Source: an uncultured archaeon (lineage in GTDB: Archaea; Altiarchaeota; Altiarchaeia; IMC4; SCGC-AAA252-I15). From it: a stretch of DNA of 64,000 bases. The position numbers and the translations under genes are program-made. Below the pieces are notes generated by a model. It did not search any database and was not told the DNA's origin. It saw only the letters and a program-made list of their open reading frames with translations. Location: positions 59,774 through 123,773 of the forward strand of contig CABMCB010000071.1 in the NCBI GenBank assembly GCA_902384455.1, read 5' to 3'. Shown in pieces: positions 19,791 to 28,400 of this stretch (the stretch's first letter is position 1; every line of letters starts with the position of its first letter).

Positions 19791-22628
19791 ATGACGGAAT
19801 ACGAGCATTCTGCGGTTGAATCTAAGTGGGGGCGGCGGTGGAAGGAGGCTCGGGTTTTCGAGAGCAACCCAGATGGCCGCGGCAAGTTTTTTCTGACTGT
19901 TCCTTATCCGTACGCTTCCGGTGCATTGCACGTGGGCCACGCCAGAAGTTACACTCTCGGCGACGTGACAGCGAGGTTCCAGAGGATGCTTGGCAAGAAC
20001 GTCCTATTCCCGATGGCCAGCCACATCACGGGCACGCCTATTCTTGCAATCTCGACTAAGATTCAGCAGAAGAATCCTAAGGCGCTCGCAAGCAACAAAG
20101 AGTACGTCGGGTTCTACGTGAAAGACGAGAAGAAAGTCGAAGAGATAGTGAACTCTTTCACAGAGCCGCAGAACGTCGCCAACTTCTACGCCAACGCCAT
20201 AATACAGGACTTTGAGAGCATGGGATACTCAATAGACTGGAGGCGCTTCTTCACGACAGGCGACAAGGAATACAATGCTTTCATACGCTGGCAATACCAC
20301 CACCTCAAGGAGCGCGGCTACCTTGTGAAAGGCAAGCACCCCGTATTCTACTGCCCCCGCGAAGACAACCCCGTAACCACAGACGACATAGAAAGTGGAG
20401 ATGAATACACCGTGGAGATGGCGCAGTTCAACCTGCTCAAAGAACCATTCCAAGACGGCTATCTCGTCGCGGCGACTCTGCGCCCCGAAACAATATTCGG
20501 CGTCGTCAACGTCTGGGTGAACCCTGACAAAGAATACGTAAAGGCGAAAGTGGACGGGGAATTCTGGTACGTTGCGCCCCAGTTCGTCGAAAAATACAAG
20601 AGCCAACAGCACGAAGTCGAAATCATAGAACGCCTCAAAGGAAAAGACCTCATCGAAAAGAAAGTCCGCATCCCGCTCGCAGAACGCGACGTACCCATAC
20701 TGCCTGCGCCGTTCGTGGACGTAAACATCGCGACAGGAGTAGTCAACAGCGTCCCAGCGCACGCCCCATACGACTACGTCGCAGGCGAAGAAATCAAGGC
20801 CAAATACCCACAATACGACCTTAAACCAATCACATTAATCCGCACATCCGGCTACCAAGAAAACCCCGCGAAAGACCTCATAGAAAAAGAAGGAATCAAA
20901 AGCCAAGCGGACGTCGAAAAGTTGGAGAAAGTGACGGCAGACCTGTACCGCGACGAATTCTACCGCGGCATCACCAACAAAAACTGCGGCGAATTCGCCA
21001 ACATGAAAGTGCAGGAAGCCAAAGAAGCAGTCACAGACGAACTTAAGGCGAAAAAACTCCTCGCCACAATGTACGAAAACGGCATCAAAGACAAACAAGG
21101 CAAACCCGTAATAGAACCCCACTGCCGGTGCGGAAGCCCAATAATAATCAAAGTACTACCAGACCAATGGTTCCTCGACTACGGAAACCGCGGATGGAAA
21201 GACGACGCCAAAAGCCTCCTCGAAAACATGCGGATAGAACCCGACAGCTACCGCAGAGGATTCGAACACACAATAAGCTGGCTACACGAATGGCCATGCA
21301 CCAGAAACCGCGGATTAGGAACAAGACTCCCATTCGACGAACGGTGGGTGATAGAAAGCCTGTCCGACAGCACAATATACATGGCGTACTACACATTCGT
21401 ACACAAAATAAGAAACAAAGTCCCCGCCGAAAAACTATCCGTAGCACTATTCAACCACATATTCCTGGGACTAGGCGACACAAAGAAAATCTCCCACGAA
21501 ACAGGCCTAACCGAACACGCAATAAAAGAACTCCGCGACGAATTCACATACTGGTACCCAATGGACGAACGCCGCACAGCAACAGCCCACATAAGCAACC
21601 ACCTCACATTCATGATATTCCACCACGCAGCACTATTCCCAGCAAACCTCTGGCCCAAACAAATCAGCCTAAACGAAATGCTCATCGCAGAAGGCCGCAA
21701 AATGAGCAAGAGCCTGGGCAACGTCATACCCATCCGCCACGGCGTCGAACGCCTAGGCGCAGACACAATGCGCATGTACCTAGTGTACGCGGCAGACCCG
21801 GCCACAACACTCGACTGGAGGGAATCCCAGGTAGACAACGCCCGAAAAAGAATAAAACAGTTCTACGACATAGCCACAGAAATAGCGACAAAGCCAAAAG
21901 AAGCAGGCGAAGAAAACGAATTGGACCTGTGGATGCTCAACCGGGTGGATGAGGCCGCGTATTATTCTCGGTCTGCTCTTGAGGAAGGTAACGTCCGCAA
22001 AGCAGTTCAAGTAGCGTTCTACGACATGCTCTCAAACTACAACTGGTATGTGCGCCGCAGCGGAAACCACCCCGGCACATTAAGGCATTTCGCTGAAACG
22101 TGGGTGAAGCTTATGACGCCCTTAACGCCGTTCCTTTGCGAAGAACTATGGGAGACGCTTGGGAAAACGCCTTTCGTGTCAAACGAAAAATACCCTGAAG
22201 GCAAACAAGCCGACCCGGAAGTGGACGCGGGCGAAAACATGGTGAAACTGCTGCTTGAAGACGTGCAAAAGATTCTTGAAGTCACAAAAGTCGCGCCAAA
22301 GAAAATTCACCTCTACGTAGCGCCAGACTGGAAACGAAAAGCATACGCCCTAATCAAAGAAGGAAAAACGATGAAAGAGGCGATGGCAGACCCTGAAATA
22401 CGCCCCCACGGCAAAGACGCCGCGAAAATAATGCAGTCACGCAAAGAAGAGCTTCCTCAAACAATCTACTCCAAAGAAAAAGAAACAAGCATACTAAATG
22501 GCGCAAAAGAATTCATAGGCAGAGAATTCAACGCTGAAGTCACAGTCCACACGGACGCCTCCCACGACCCGCAAGGCAAAGCCAAATACGCGTTGCCTAT
22601 GCGCCCGGGAGTCTATGTGGAAGCGTAA
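19791..22628 (+). CDS. leuS: Leucyl-tRNA synthetase, archaeal/eukaryal type
   Basis: HIGH motif 'YASGALHVGHARSYT' and KMSKS motif 'GRKMSKSLGN'. 945 aa with archaeal-type editing-domain placement. Confidence 0.92.
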   Translation: MTEYEHSAVESKWGRRWKEARVFESNPDGRGKFFLTVPYPYASGALHVGHARSYTLGDVTARFQRMLGKNVLFPMASHITGTPILAISTKIQQKNPKALASNKEYVGFYVKDEKKVEEIVNSFTEPQNVANFYANAIIQDFESMGYSIDWRRFFTTGDKEYNAFIRWQYHHLKERGYLVKGKHPVFYCPREDNPVTTDDIESGDEYTVEMAQFNLLKEPFQDGYLVAATLRPETIFGVVNVWVNPDKEYVKAKVDGEFWYVAPQFVEKYKSQQHEVEIIERLKGKDLIEKKVRIPLAERDVPILPAPFVDVNIATGVVNSVPAHAPYDYVAGEEIKAKYPQYDLKPITLIRTSGYQENPAKDLIEKEGIKSQADVEKLEKVTADLYRDEFYRGITNKNCGEFANMKVQEAKEAVTDELKAKKLLATMYENGIKDKQGKPVIEPHCRCGSPIIIKVLPDQWFLDYGNRGWKDDAKSLLENMRIEPDSYRRGFEHTISWLHEWPCTRNRGLGTRLPFDERWVIESLSDSTIYMAYYTFVHKIRNKVPAEKLSVALFNHIFLGLGDTKKISHETGLTEHAIKELRDEFTYWYPMDERRTATAHISNHLTFMIFHHAALFPANLWPKQISLNEMLIAEGRKMSKSLGNVIPIRHGVERLGADTMRMYLVYAADPATTLDWRESQVDNARKRIKQFYDIATEIATKPKEAGEENELDLWMLNRVDEAAYYSRSALEEGNVRKAVQVAFYDMLSNYNWYVRRSGNHPGTLRHFAETWVKLMTPLTPFLCEELWETLGKTPFVSNEKYPEGKQADPEVDAGENMVKLLLEDVQKILEVTKVAPKKIHLYVAPDWKRKAYALIKEGKTMKEAMADPEIRPHGKDAAKIMQSRKEELPQTIYSKEKETSILNGAKEFIGREFNAEVTVHTDASHDPQGKAKYALPMRPGVYVEA

Positions 22629-22634
22629 AAGCTA

Positions 22635-23642
22635 TTAAGGCGTTGAAGCCGCAGCCTCCGCCTCCTCCCTCTTCTTCTTCCGGTGATACAGATACCAGCC
22701 TACGAAAGGCCCGGTGAAAACTCCAAACGGAAAATTAATTACTCCCCCAGCGACCATGCCTCCAACGACGTACAAAGCCGCCTCGTGTTTAATCGGCTCT
22801 CTAGGCGAATATGGTTCGCCTCTGCGACGCCGCTCAGACGCCTCCTTATCCGCCTGCTCCTCTACGTGACGCAAATACAATCCGACAGCAGCCCCCGGAA
22901 TGATGCCCGGCAACCCGAAAACAAGCAGTCCAACAGCAGCGCTGACTCCACCCCACTTACTCACGTCCTTAACGTTATCCCAAGTGAACTTGCTCGGCGG
23001 CTTATAATCCTCCGGAAGACCATGCGCCTCAAGCCAATCCCTCCTCTCCCTCTCCCTATTAGAAACACGGTAACGAGACCCGACCCCACCCTGCTTTTCA
23101 ACAGCCTTCTCAACGTAATGACCGATGACATAACCAGTAGCCGCGCCCAAAGACACGCCGACCACACCCATAGGCAAAGCAAGCAATGCCGCTCCAGCAA
23201 CCGACATGCCAGCAGGAGTACGCAAAAACTGCGCAAAATCCTCCACCCTACTTCGGAACTTTCCAACATCCCTCTCCCGCCGCTCATCCAATCTCCTAGC
23301 CGCCCGTTCAACCTCCTCCATGGTTACGCTGCGGCGTCCCGGAATATGAGCGTCCTCCAAATCCACAATCGGCTTGACTCTATCCAGGTAAGTGTCGCGG
23401 TATACGTTATAAATCCTCTGCTCCTGCTCTGTCGTCAATCCTGCGCCAAATTGCGTGCGAAACCTGCGGAAACCCCCATGCTCATTAAATTCCCTACGCC
23501 GCGGACCACCCCGTATGGCGTCATCCACTGACGCATCAAGGCTTTTCTGCAGTTCAGGATCCCTAAAATAAAACCGTCCGCCCCTCTCCTCAACATCAGC
23601 AGCATCAGGAGGGGCAAAAGTCCGTCGCCTGGAAACAGCCAT
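22635..23642 (-). CDS. Hypothetical membrane protein with glycine-zipper TM segments (Arg-rich)
   Basis: 335 aa with Gly-rich hydrophobic stretches ('AGAALLALPMGVVGVSLGAATGYVIG', 'GGVSAAVGLLVFGLPGIIPGAAVGLY'). It is convergent with leuS. Confidence 0.45.
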   Translation of the reverse strand: MAVSRRRTFAPPDAADVEERGGRFYFRDPELQKSLDASVDDAIRGGPRRREFNEHGGFRRFRTQFGAGLTTEQEQRIYNVYRDTYLDRVKPIVDLEDAHIPGRRSVTMEEVERAARRLDERRERDVGKFRSRVEDFAQFLRTPAGMSVAGAALLALPMGVVGVSLGAATGYVIGHYVEKAVEKQGGVGSRYRVSNRERERRDWLEAHGLPEDYKPPSKFTWDNVKDVSKWGGVSAAVGLLVFGLPGIIPGAAVGLYLRHVEEQADKEASERRRRGEPYSPREPIKHEAALYVVGGMVAGGVINFPFGVFTGPFVGWYLYHRKKKREEAEAAASTP

Positions 23643-23745
23643 AACAGTTACTTACGTACATTACCAGTACTTAAGCGGCATCAAAGCGCAACATGCACTC
23701 CTGCCTTCCACTCTCATAACCGCAAAGGCAACAGACCTAACTCAC

Positions 23746-24519
23746 CTACTTCTTTCCAGCAGCCTTAGAGGCGCATTTGTCAGCGAAATCCCTCACCACA
23801 GACAAACTGCTTAACCCACCAACCAAAGAAGACGCATCAGCAGGACAGAACAACTGAGGCACAACATCCTTATTCAAATAACTCCCCAAGCACTCATCCA
23901 AAACCTGCGTATCCACAGCAACACCAGCATCAAAAGTCCTAACCCTATAAGGAACCCCAGACTCAGACGTAAGATTAGCCAACTCACCCACAAACTTAGC
24001 CGCCTCAACGCACGGACCGCAAGTAGGATTAGAATAAAGCAAAACAGTATCCGCAGAAACACCCTTACCACTCAAGCAATCCCTAATCTTGCCGCTATCC
24101 GAAGCAAGACGATCACACGCCTTCTGAGAACGAGCATCCCTACACAAAGTAGCAGTAATAGCCGAAAGAGAACGCGCATCACCCAAAGTCACAACGCCAT
24201 CCCCCGCAACCAAAACCTTAGGCTCCTTAACCGCAGGACTAACAAAAAAAGGAAGAGAAACACCAACATCCTGACCAATAGCAGACAAAACCGCCTGAGA
24301 CCTAAAATAACCATTACACAAAACACACGAAGGCATATCCTGACCACCACAAGACGAACAATCAGAAGGATAAAGATAATAAACCGCCGCACCACCCGCA
24401 ACAGGCAAAACAACCTGACCCCCAACACCAGACGAAACATAAAGGAAACGGCCTAAGGCAACACCCACAATCAAGCCGGCAACAACGCCGGCCACAATAC
24501 CCCACTTGGTCTCAGCCAT
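23746..24519 (-). CDS. Membrane-anchored thioredoxin-fold protein
   Basis: N-terminal TM helix followed by 'NPTCGPCVEAAKF' (CGPC active site), with extra CSSCGG / CVLC cysteines. Confidence 0.6.
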   Translation of the reverse strand: MAETKWGIVAGVVAGLIVGVALGRFLYVSSGVGGQVVLPVAGGAAVYYLYPSDCSSCGGQDMPSCVLCNGYFRSQAVLSAIGQDVGVSLPFFVSPAVKEPKVLVAGDGVVTLGDARSLSAITATLCRDARSQKACDRLASDSGKIRDCLSGKGVSADTVLLYSNPTCGPCVEAAKFVGELANLTSESGVPYRVRTFDAGVAVDTQVLDECLGSYLNKDVVPQLFCPADASSLVGGLSSLSVVRDFADKCASKAAGKK

Positions 24520-24631
24520 AAACTAGATTTATTTACCGCAAACCCTAAAAACAATACCCGTAATCCATAAGCCGAGGTAGGCGCTAACCACAAGGGTTAG
24601 CTAACCGCGGCTTACGTCAAGACATCCAAAA

Positions 24632-24717
24632 GCCGAGGTGGCGGAGTTCGGACTAACGCGCGAGCCTGGAAAGCTCGTCTCCGAAAGGAGGCTTGGGTTC
24701 AAATCCCAACCTCGGCG
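24632..24717 (+). tRNA. tRNA-Ser (anticodon GGA)
   Basis: Acceptor GCCGAGG/CCTCGGC. Anticodon stem CGAGC/GCTCG with loop CTGGAAA, and a long variable arm (CTCCGAAAGGAG). T-arm TTGGG-TTCAAAT-CCCAA. Confidence 0.85.
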
Positions 24718-24723
24718 TGAGCC

Positions 24724-24748
24724 CTTTCTTTCTTAAGAAGAAAGAAAG
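24724..24748 (+). other. Perfect 11-bp stem / 3-nt loop hairpin just 3' of tRNA-Ser(GGA); a second 7-bp hairpin lies at 24773..24789
   Basis: ctttctttctt-aag-aagaaagaaag and ggcaacc-tac-ggttgcc. These may be processing or termination structures in the tRNA spacer. Confidence 0.35.
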
Positions 24749-24803
24749 TGCTTCACCCCAAAGAAAGAATTCGGCAACCTACGGTTGCCTCAAACTATGC
24801 GCT

Positions 24804-24888
24804 GCCGAGGTGGCGGAATCCGGCTATCGCGCACGCCTCGAAAGCGTGTTCCCACAAGGGAGTTTGGGTTCAAATCCCAACCTCGGCG
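24804..24888 (+). tRNA. tRNA-Ser (anticodon CGA)
   Basis: Acceptor GCCGAGG/CCTCGGC. Anticodon stem CACGC/GCGTG with loop CTCGAAA, a long variable arm, and the same T-arm as the neighbouring tRNA-Ser. Confidence 0.85.
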
Positions 24889-24952
24889 TTTCGAACGAAG
24901 TGAGAAATGCGAGGTTAGCAAGTCGAAAGAATTGCGCAAACCTCGGCGTTTC
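24879..24952 (+). repeat. Direct repeat of the tRNA-Ser 3' end (aacctcggcgtttc) at 24879-24892 and 24939-24952; att-like scar
   Basis: An exact 14-bp duplicate of the tRNA 3' end lies 46 bp downstream. Upstream, at 24571-24590, sits a degenerate copy of the tRNA 5' end (gccgaggtaggcgc), embedded in a 7-bp inverted repeat taagccg…cggctta. Confidence 0.5.
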
Positions 24953-25006
24953 CAGAAAACTCATCCACAAACAAAAAAGTTGTGAGTATAAAGGCGAGGA
25001 ACGTCT

Positions 25007-26167
25007 TCAGATTGCTTTGACGATTGCGTCTTCGACTTTCTCCCCGATGACCTTGTTTGCTCTGTCTTCAGCCGCGAACTTCACCTTATCCAAAAGTCCC
25101 GGATAAGCCCTCGTATACTGCTCCTGGCAAAACCCTTTAGTCTCCTCATTTTTTATCCCGTCGCACATCGAGATGTTTTTGGCGGCTACCGCTACTTTGG
25201 ACACGCAGCCGTCCGTGTCGTAAGGCATAGACCTGCATTTCTGCGGGTCCTTCCACGCCACTGCGACATCTTCGATGCAGGAAACAGTGTTTGAGATGTC
25301 TTTAGTGCAATACAGCTCGTTCCCTCCGTTCATGGCGACTCCTGCGTAACATTTCTGCTGGTAGCCGTGGAGCTGGTCTGCCGAAAGTTTTGCGCAAATC
25401 TCAGGGTTAATTGAATTTATTCCGACTTCAGTCAAGCATTCATCCGTTCTGTCGCCGGTCATATTACATGCGGAAGCGTCCTTACCGTTGGCCGCTATGC
25501 AGAAGGTTCGGCTTTTTTCGTCGGTTATTTTTTTGCATACGTCCGGGTCTTTTTTGCTTACGCCGACTTCCGTGTTGCAGTCGTCTCTAATCGAGATGTT
25601 GTTAACCTTGTCGCATTGGGTTGAGTCTCTGAGTGTCTTGCCTAATTCGACTTGGCAGTTCGTTTTCGTCTCCTCGTCGTTTACTATCTTATCGCATGCT
25701 TCCGTGCTGTTGCTGTATTTAGCAAATCTTTCAAGGCAAAAATTCTTGGAGCCTGAATCGCTCAATTTCTCGCAAGTACTGACGTCATTTCCCGTTTGGG
25801 CGATTCCGAGGTAGCACCTAGATTTTTCAGTTTCATCCGATATCATGTCGCAGTATGTGGTGTCGCCACCTCTTTGAGCGAACTTATAGAAGCATGATTC
25901 CCGCGCCTTGTCTCCCTTGATGAGGGCGCACTTCTGCGGGTCGGTCACGGCCAGAGCAACGGCGTTGTAGCAATCCTGTTTCGCCTTATCTGTCGTCTGC
26001 TGCTCGCATATAGTCGGATCGCCCTTCTGCTTCGCATCATCGGTTATGGGGTCAGAATCGCCGAAAAGGCAGCCGGAAGAAAACACAAGCAAAACTACTG
26101 CGGTCAGCAAAACGAGCAAAAACACAGTTCCATACTCCCCACGAGATTTAATGGAGCACTTACTCAT
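25007..26167 (-). CDS. Secreted / membrane-anchored Cys-rich tandem-repeat protein, paralog of 33635..34471
   Basis: N-terminal signal anchor, then about 9 tandem ~27-aa units, each with two Cys: '…D[PT]xxC-x(10-12)-C…'. Examples are 'TICEQQTTDKAKQDCYNAVALAVTDPQKC' and 'CALIKGDKARESCFYKF'. Confidence 0.6.
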   Translation of the reverse strand: MSKCSIKSRGEYGTVFLLVLLTAVVLLVFSSGCLFGDSDPITDDAKQKGDPTICEQQTTDKAKQDCYNAVALAVTDPQKCALIKGDKARESCFYKFAQRGGDTTYCDMISDETEKSRCYLGIAQTGNDVSTCEKLSDSGSKNFCLERFAKYSNSTEACDKIVNDEETKTNCQVELGKTLRDSTQCDKVNNISIRDDCNTEVGVSKKDPDVCKKITDEKSRTFCIAANGKDASACNMTGDRTDECLTEVGINSINPEICAKLSADQLHGYQQKCYAGVAMNGGNELYCTKDISNTVSCIEDVAVAWKDPQKCRSMPYDTDGCVSKVAVAAKNISMCDGIKNEETKGFCQEQYTRAYPGLLDKVKFAAEDRANKVIGEKVEDAIVKAI

Positions 26168-26226
26168 GCTTACCTTCCCCCGATATACTATTAGATAGAA
26201 ATACGGTCTATGTTTAATAACGGCGT

Positions 26227-26433
26227 CTATCTCAGCCTTTCGTTCAGCAAGACGACTATCGCCTCTACCTGAAGCGGCTCAAGGTAAGGGCATTTATCTA
26301 CGCCCTTAATGTCAGTGAACTCGTCAGAAAGAAACAACGCGAAGTCTTTACAAAGTTTAACCCCGCACTCCCCGCAGTCTCTGAGAGGCAGGTTCTTGTA
26401 AATCTTCATCGCCAAGACCGGGTCTGTCGCCAT
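26227..26433 (-). CDS. Small Cys-motif protein resembling the N-terminal [4Fe-4S] domain of corrinoid Fe-S protein large subunits
   Basis: 'MKIYKNLPLRDCGECGVKLCKDFALF' parallels the 'LPKTNCGECGxPTCLAFA' N-terminal motif of AcsC/CdhE. The true start is ATG 26433; the upstream extension in the track ORF is unlikely to be coding. Confidence 0.4.
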   Translation of the reverse strand: MATDPVLAMKIYKNLPLRDCGECGVKLCKDFALFLSDEFTDIKGVDKCPYLEPLQVEAIVVLLNERLR

Positions 26434-26716
26434 TTTAGGTGTTGGTGTTCTGCGCCGGGTTGGGTTACAGTCACCCCATCCGGAGTTCATCACTCCCCCG
26501 GGAACCTTTTGGGTTCGGTCTTGCAAGAGCCTATATCCAGCGCAGTGTCGCCCCCCATTTGCGTTCCACATCATTAAATCAGCGGACTCTTCGCAGGCGG
26601 GCTTACTTAAGATACGGCAAGAAGCTAATTAAACAAACGACCGACCCCGGATTCTTCGTCCAACAACGTTAAAGGCCGTTCCCCTCTTTTAAGCCCGTTT
26701 TGGTAATCCTTGACGT

Positions 26717-27364
26717 ATGGGCCGTCGGACGGTAATTGTATGCGCGGGAGATGGTGTTGACCCGGGTTTTCTCCGGAGCTTCCTGCAAAAAGGCGACGTA
26801 GTCTATGCTGTAGATGGAGGGGCAGACTACGCGCTCAAAGCGGGCATAATGCCCTGCTGCGTAATCGGGGATTTGGATTCGGTAAGCCCTGGTGCTCTTA
26901 GGGAATTCAAGTCTAAGGGAGTGCGCGTTCTGAAGAAGCCCGACCAGGAGAAAACCGACGCGGAATGCGCCGTGGAAAAAGCCCTCTCAGACGGTGCAGA
27001 CGAAATCGTCCTCGTATGCGCTTTAGGCGGAAGAATAGACCATGAACTCGCCAACATACTTCTTGCGGCGTCGCTGACTGTGCCTGCGCGCATAATCGAC
27101 GAGAAGACCGAGATCCAGGCGATCCATTCAAAGGCAACCTTAGAGGGCGAAATCGGCGACACAGTCACAATACTCCCCCTAACGCAAGCAGCCGAAGGAA
27201 TAACCCTCAAAGGATTCAAATACGAAATGGAAAACGGCACTTTACCGTTCGGCTCGACCAAAGGCGTGTCCAACGTCCTAAATAAGAAGAAGGCAGTAAT
27301 TTCAGTCACAGACGGCGTCATACTTGTCATCAAAACGAAAGGCGGAAAAAATGAAACAAAATAA
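26717..27364 (+). CDS. thiN: Thiamine pyrophosphokinase (TPK-type)
   Basis: 'CCVIGDLDSV' TPK catalytic motif and overall TPK domain layout. 215 aa. Confidence 0.75.
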   Translation: MGRRTVIVCAGDGVDPGFLRSFLQKGDVVYAVDGGADYALKAGIMPCCVIGDLDSVSPGALREFKSKGVRVLKKPDQEKTDAECAVEKALSDGADEIVLVCALGGRIDHELANILLAASLTVPARIIDEKTEIQAIHSKATLEGEIGDTVTILPLTQAAEGITLKGFKYEMENGTLPFGSTKGVSNVLNKKKAVISVTDGVILVIKTKGGKNETK

Positions 27365-28400
27365 ACCCGAGTACTTGGTTGCTGCAATGGCTTTCACAGT
27401 TTTTGTCGCATTATGCCTAAACGGCGGCGAAACAAACAATACTCCCCCAAATTTGACTGCAAAGCCTACGCTAACAGTCTACACATACGACAGCTTCAAC
27501 GCAGAATGGGGACCTGGCCCAAAAGTATTCCCAATATTCGAATCCCAATGCAACTGTAAAGTCAACGTCATAACAGCAGGAGACACAGGCCAAGTACTGA
27601 ACCGATTAATCTTGGAGAAGGACAATCCCAAGGCCGACGTCGTAGTGGGTATTGATAATAGTTTCCTTTCTAAGGCGCTTTCTGCCGGAATACTTGTTCC
27701 GTATTCTTCCAGAAACATCGAGAAAGTGCCTCAGCGCTTGCGCTTCGACTCAACAGGCAGCCTGACTCCTTATGATTACGGCTACGTCACATTCGTCTAC
27801 GACAGCAGCAAAATAAGTCCGCCTAATTCACTGCTGGACCTGCTTGATCCGAAGTACTCTAAAAAGTTTATTCTAGAGGACCCTAGGACTTCGAGTCCCG
27901 GCCTTATCTTTTTCATGCAGACTGTTCAGGCGTTGGGCGAAGACAAAGCATGGGTTTACTGGCGGAACCTGAGCAAGCAGGCGCTGGCGATCGCTCCAAG
28001 CTGGGACGAAGCTCAGACGCTTTTTTCCTCCGGCGAAGCCCCGATGTACTTAAGTTACGCCACAAGCCCAAGCTACTACGTTGAATACGAAAACAAGACC
28101 AATTTCCTCGCAGTAGATTTCTCAGAGGGGCTGTTGGAGCAGGTTGAAGGCTCCGGAATAGTTAAAGGGACTAGGAATGTAGAACTTGCTCAATCCTTCA
28201 TAGACTTCACGTTGACTCCTGAATTCCAGAATGAACTCCCTCAGACGCAATGGATGTTTCCCGTGCTGCCTGACGCAAAAATACCTGAAAGCTTCAGTTA
28301 CGCGGTCAAACCCAATAAAACGCTGACGTTAAACACTAATCTAACCAGCGAAGACACCCAACGATGGCTTGCCCAATGGGAAGACGCAGTCAAAGCCTGA
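27351..28400 (+). CDS. thiB: Thiamine ABC transporter substrate-binding protein
   Basis: Signal/lipoprotein-like N-terminus (AFTVFVALCLNGG) and a periplasmic binding fold of the ThiB/iron-binding family. It is the first gene of thiBPQ. Confidence 0.7.
   Translation: MKQNKPEYLVAAMAFTVFVALCLNGGETNNTPPNLTAKPTLTVYTYDSFNAEWGPGPKVFPIFESQCNCKVNVITAGDTGQVLNRLILEKDNPKADVVVGIDNSFLSKALSAGILVPYSSRNIEKVPQRLRFDSTGSLTPYDYGYVTFVYDSSKISPPNSLLDLLDPKYSKKFILEDPRTSSPGLIFFMQTVQALGEDKAWVYWRNLSKQALAIAPSWDEAQTLFSSGEAPMYLSYATSPSYYVEYENKTNFLAVDFSEGLLEQVEGSGIVKGTRNVELAQSFIDFTLTPEFQNELPQTQWMFPVLPDAKIPESFSYAVKPNKTLTLNTNLTSEDTQRWLAQWEDAVKA

Noticed and set aside
21128-21952. 274-aa Arg/Lys/Pro-rich ORF within leuS, plus several 95-194-aa antisense ORFs between 20229 and 22285
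   Set aside because: They are nested in leuS, which carries HIGH and KMSKS motifs in the other frame. These are frame artefacts.
24571-24611. tRNA-like 5' fragment (gccgaggtaggcgc…) upstream of tRNA-Ser(GGA)
   Set aside because: It lacks anticodon and T arms and cannot fold into a cloverleaf. I read it as a partial duplication of the tRNA 5' end, reported under findings as a scar, not a third tRNA or an intron-containing tRNA.
24560-26170. Integrated mobile element at the tRNA-Ser locus
   Set aside because: att-like direct repeats are present, but there is no integrase, transposase or phage gene within reach. The repeat copies are only 46 bp apart. I therefore describe it as a scar, not a mobile_element feature.
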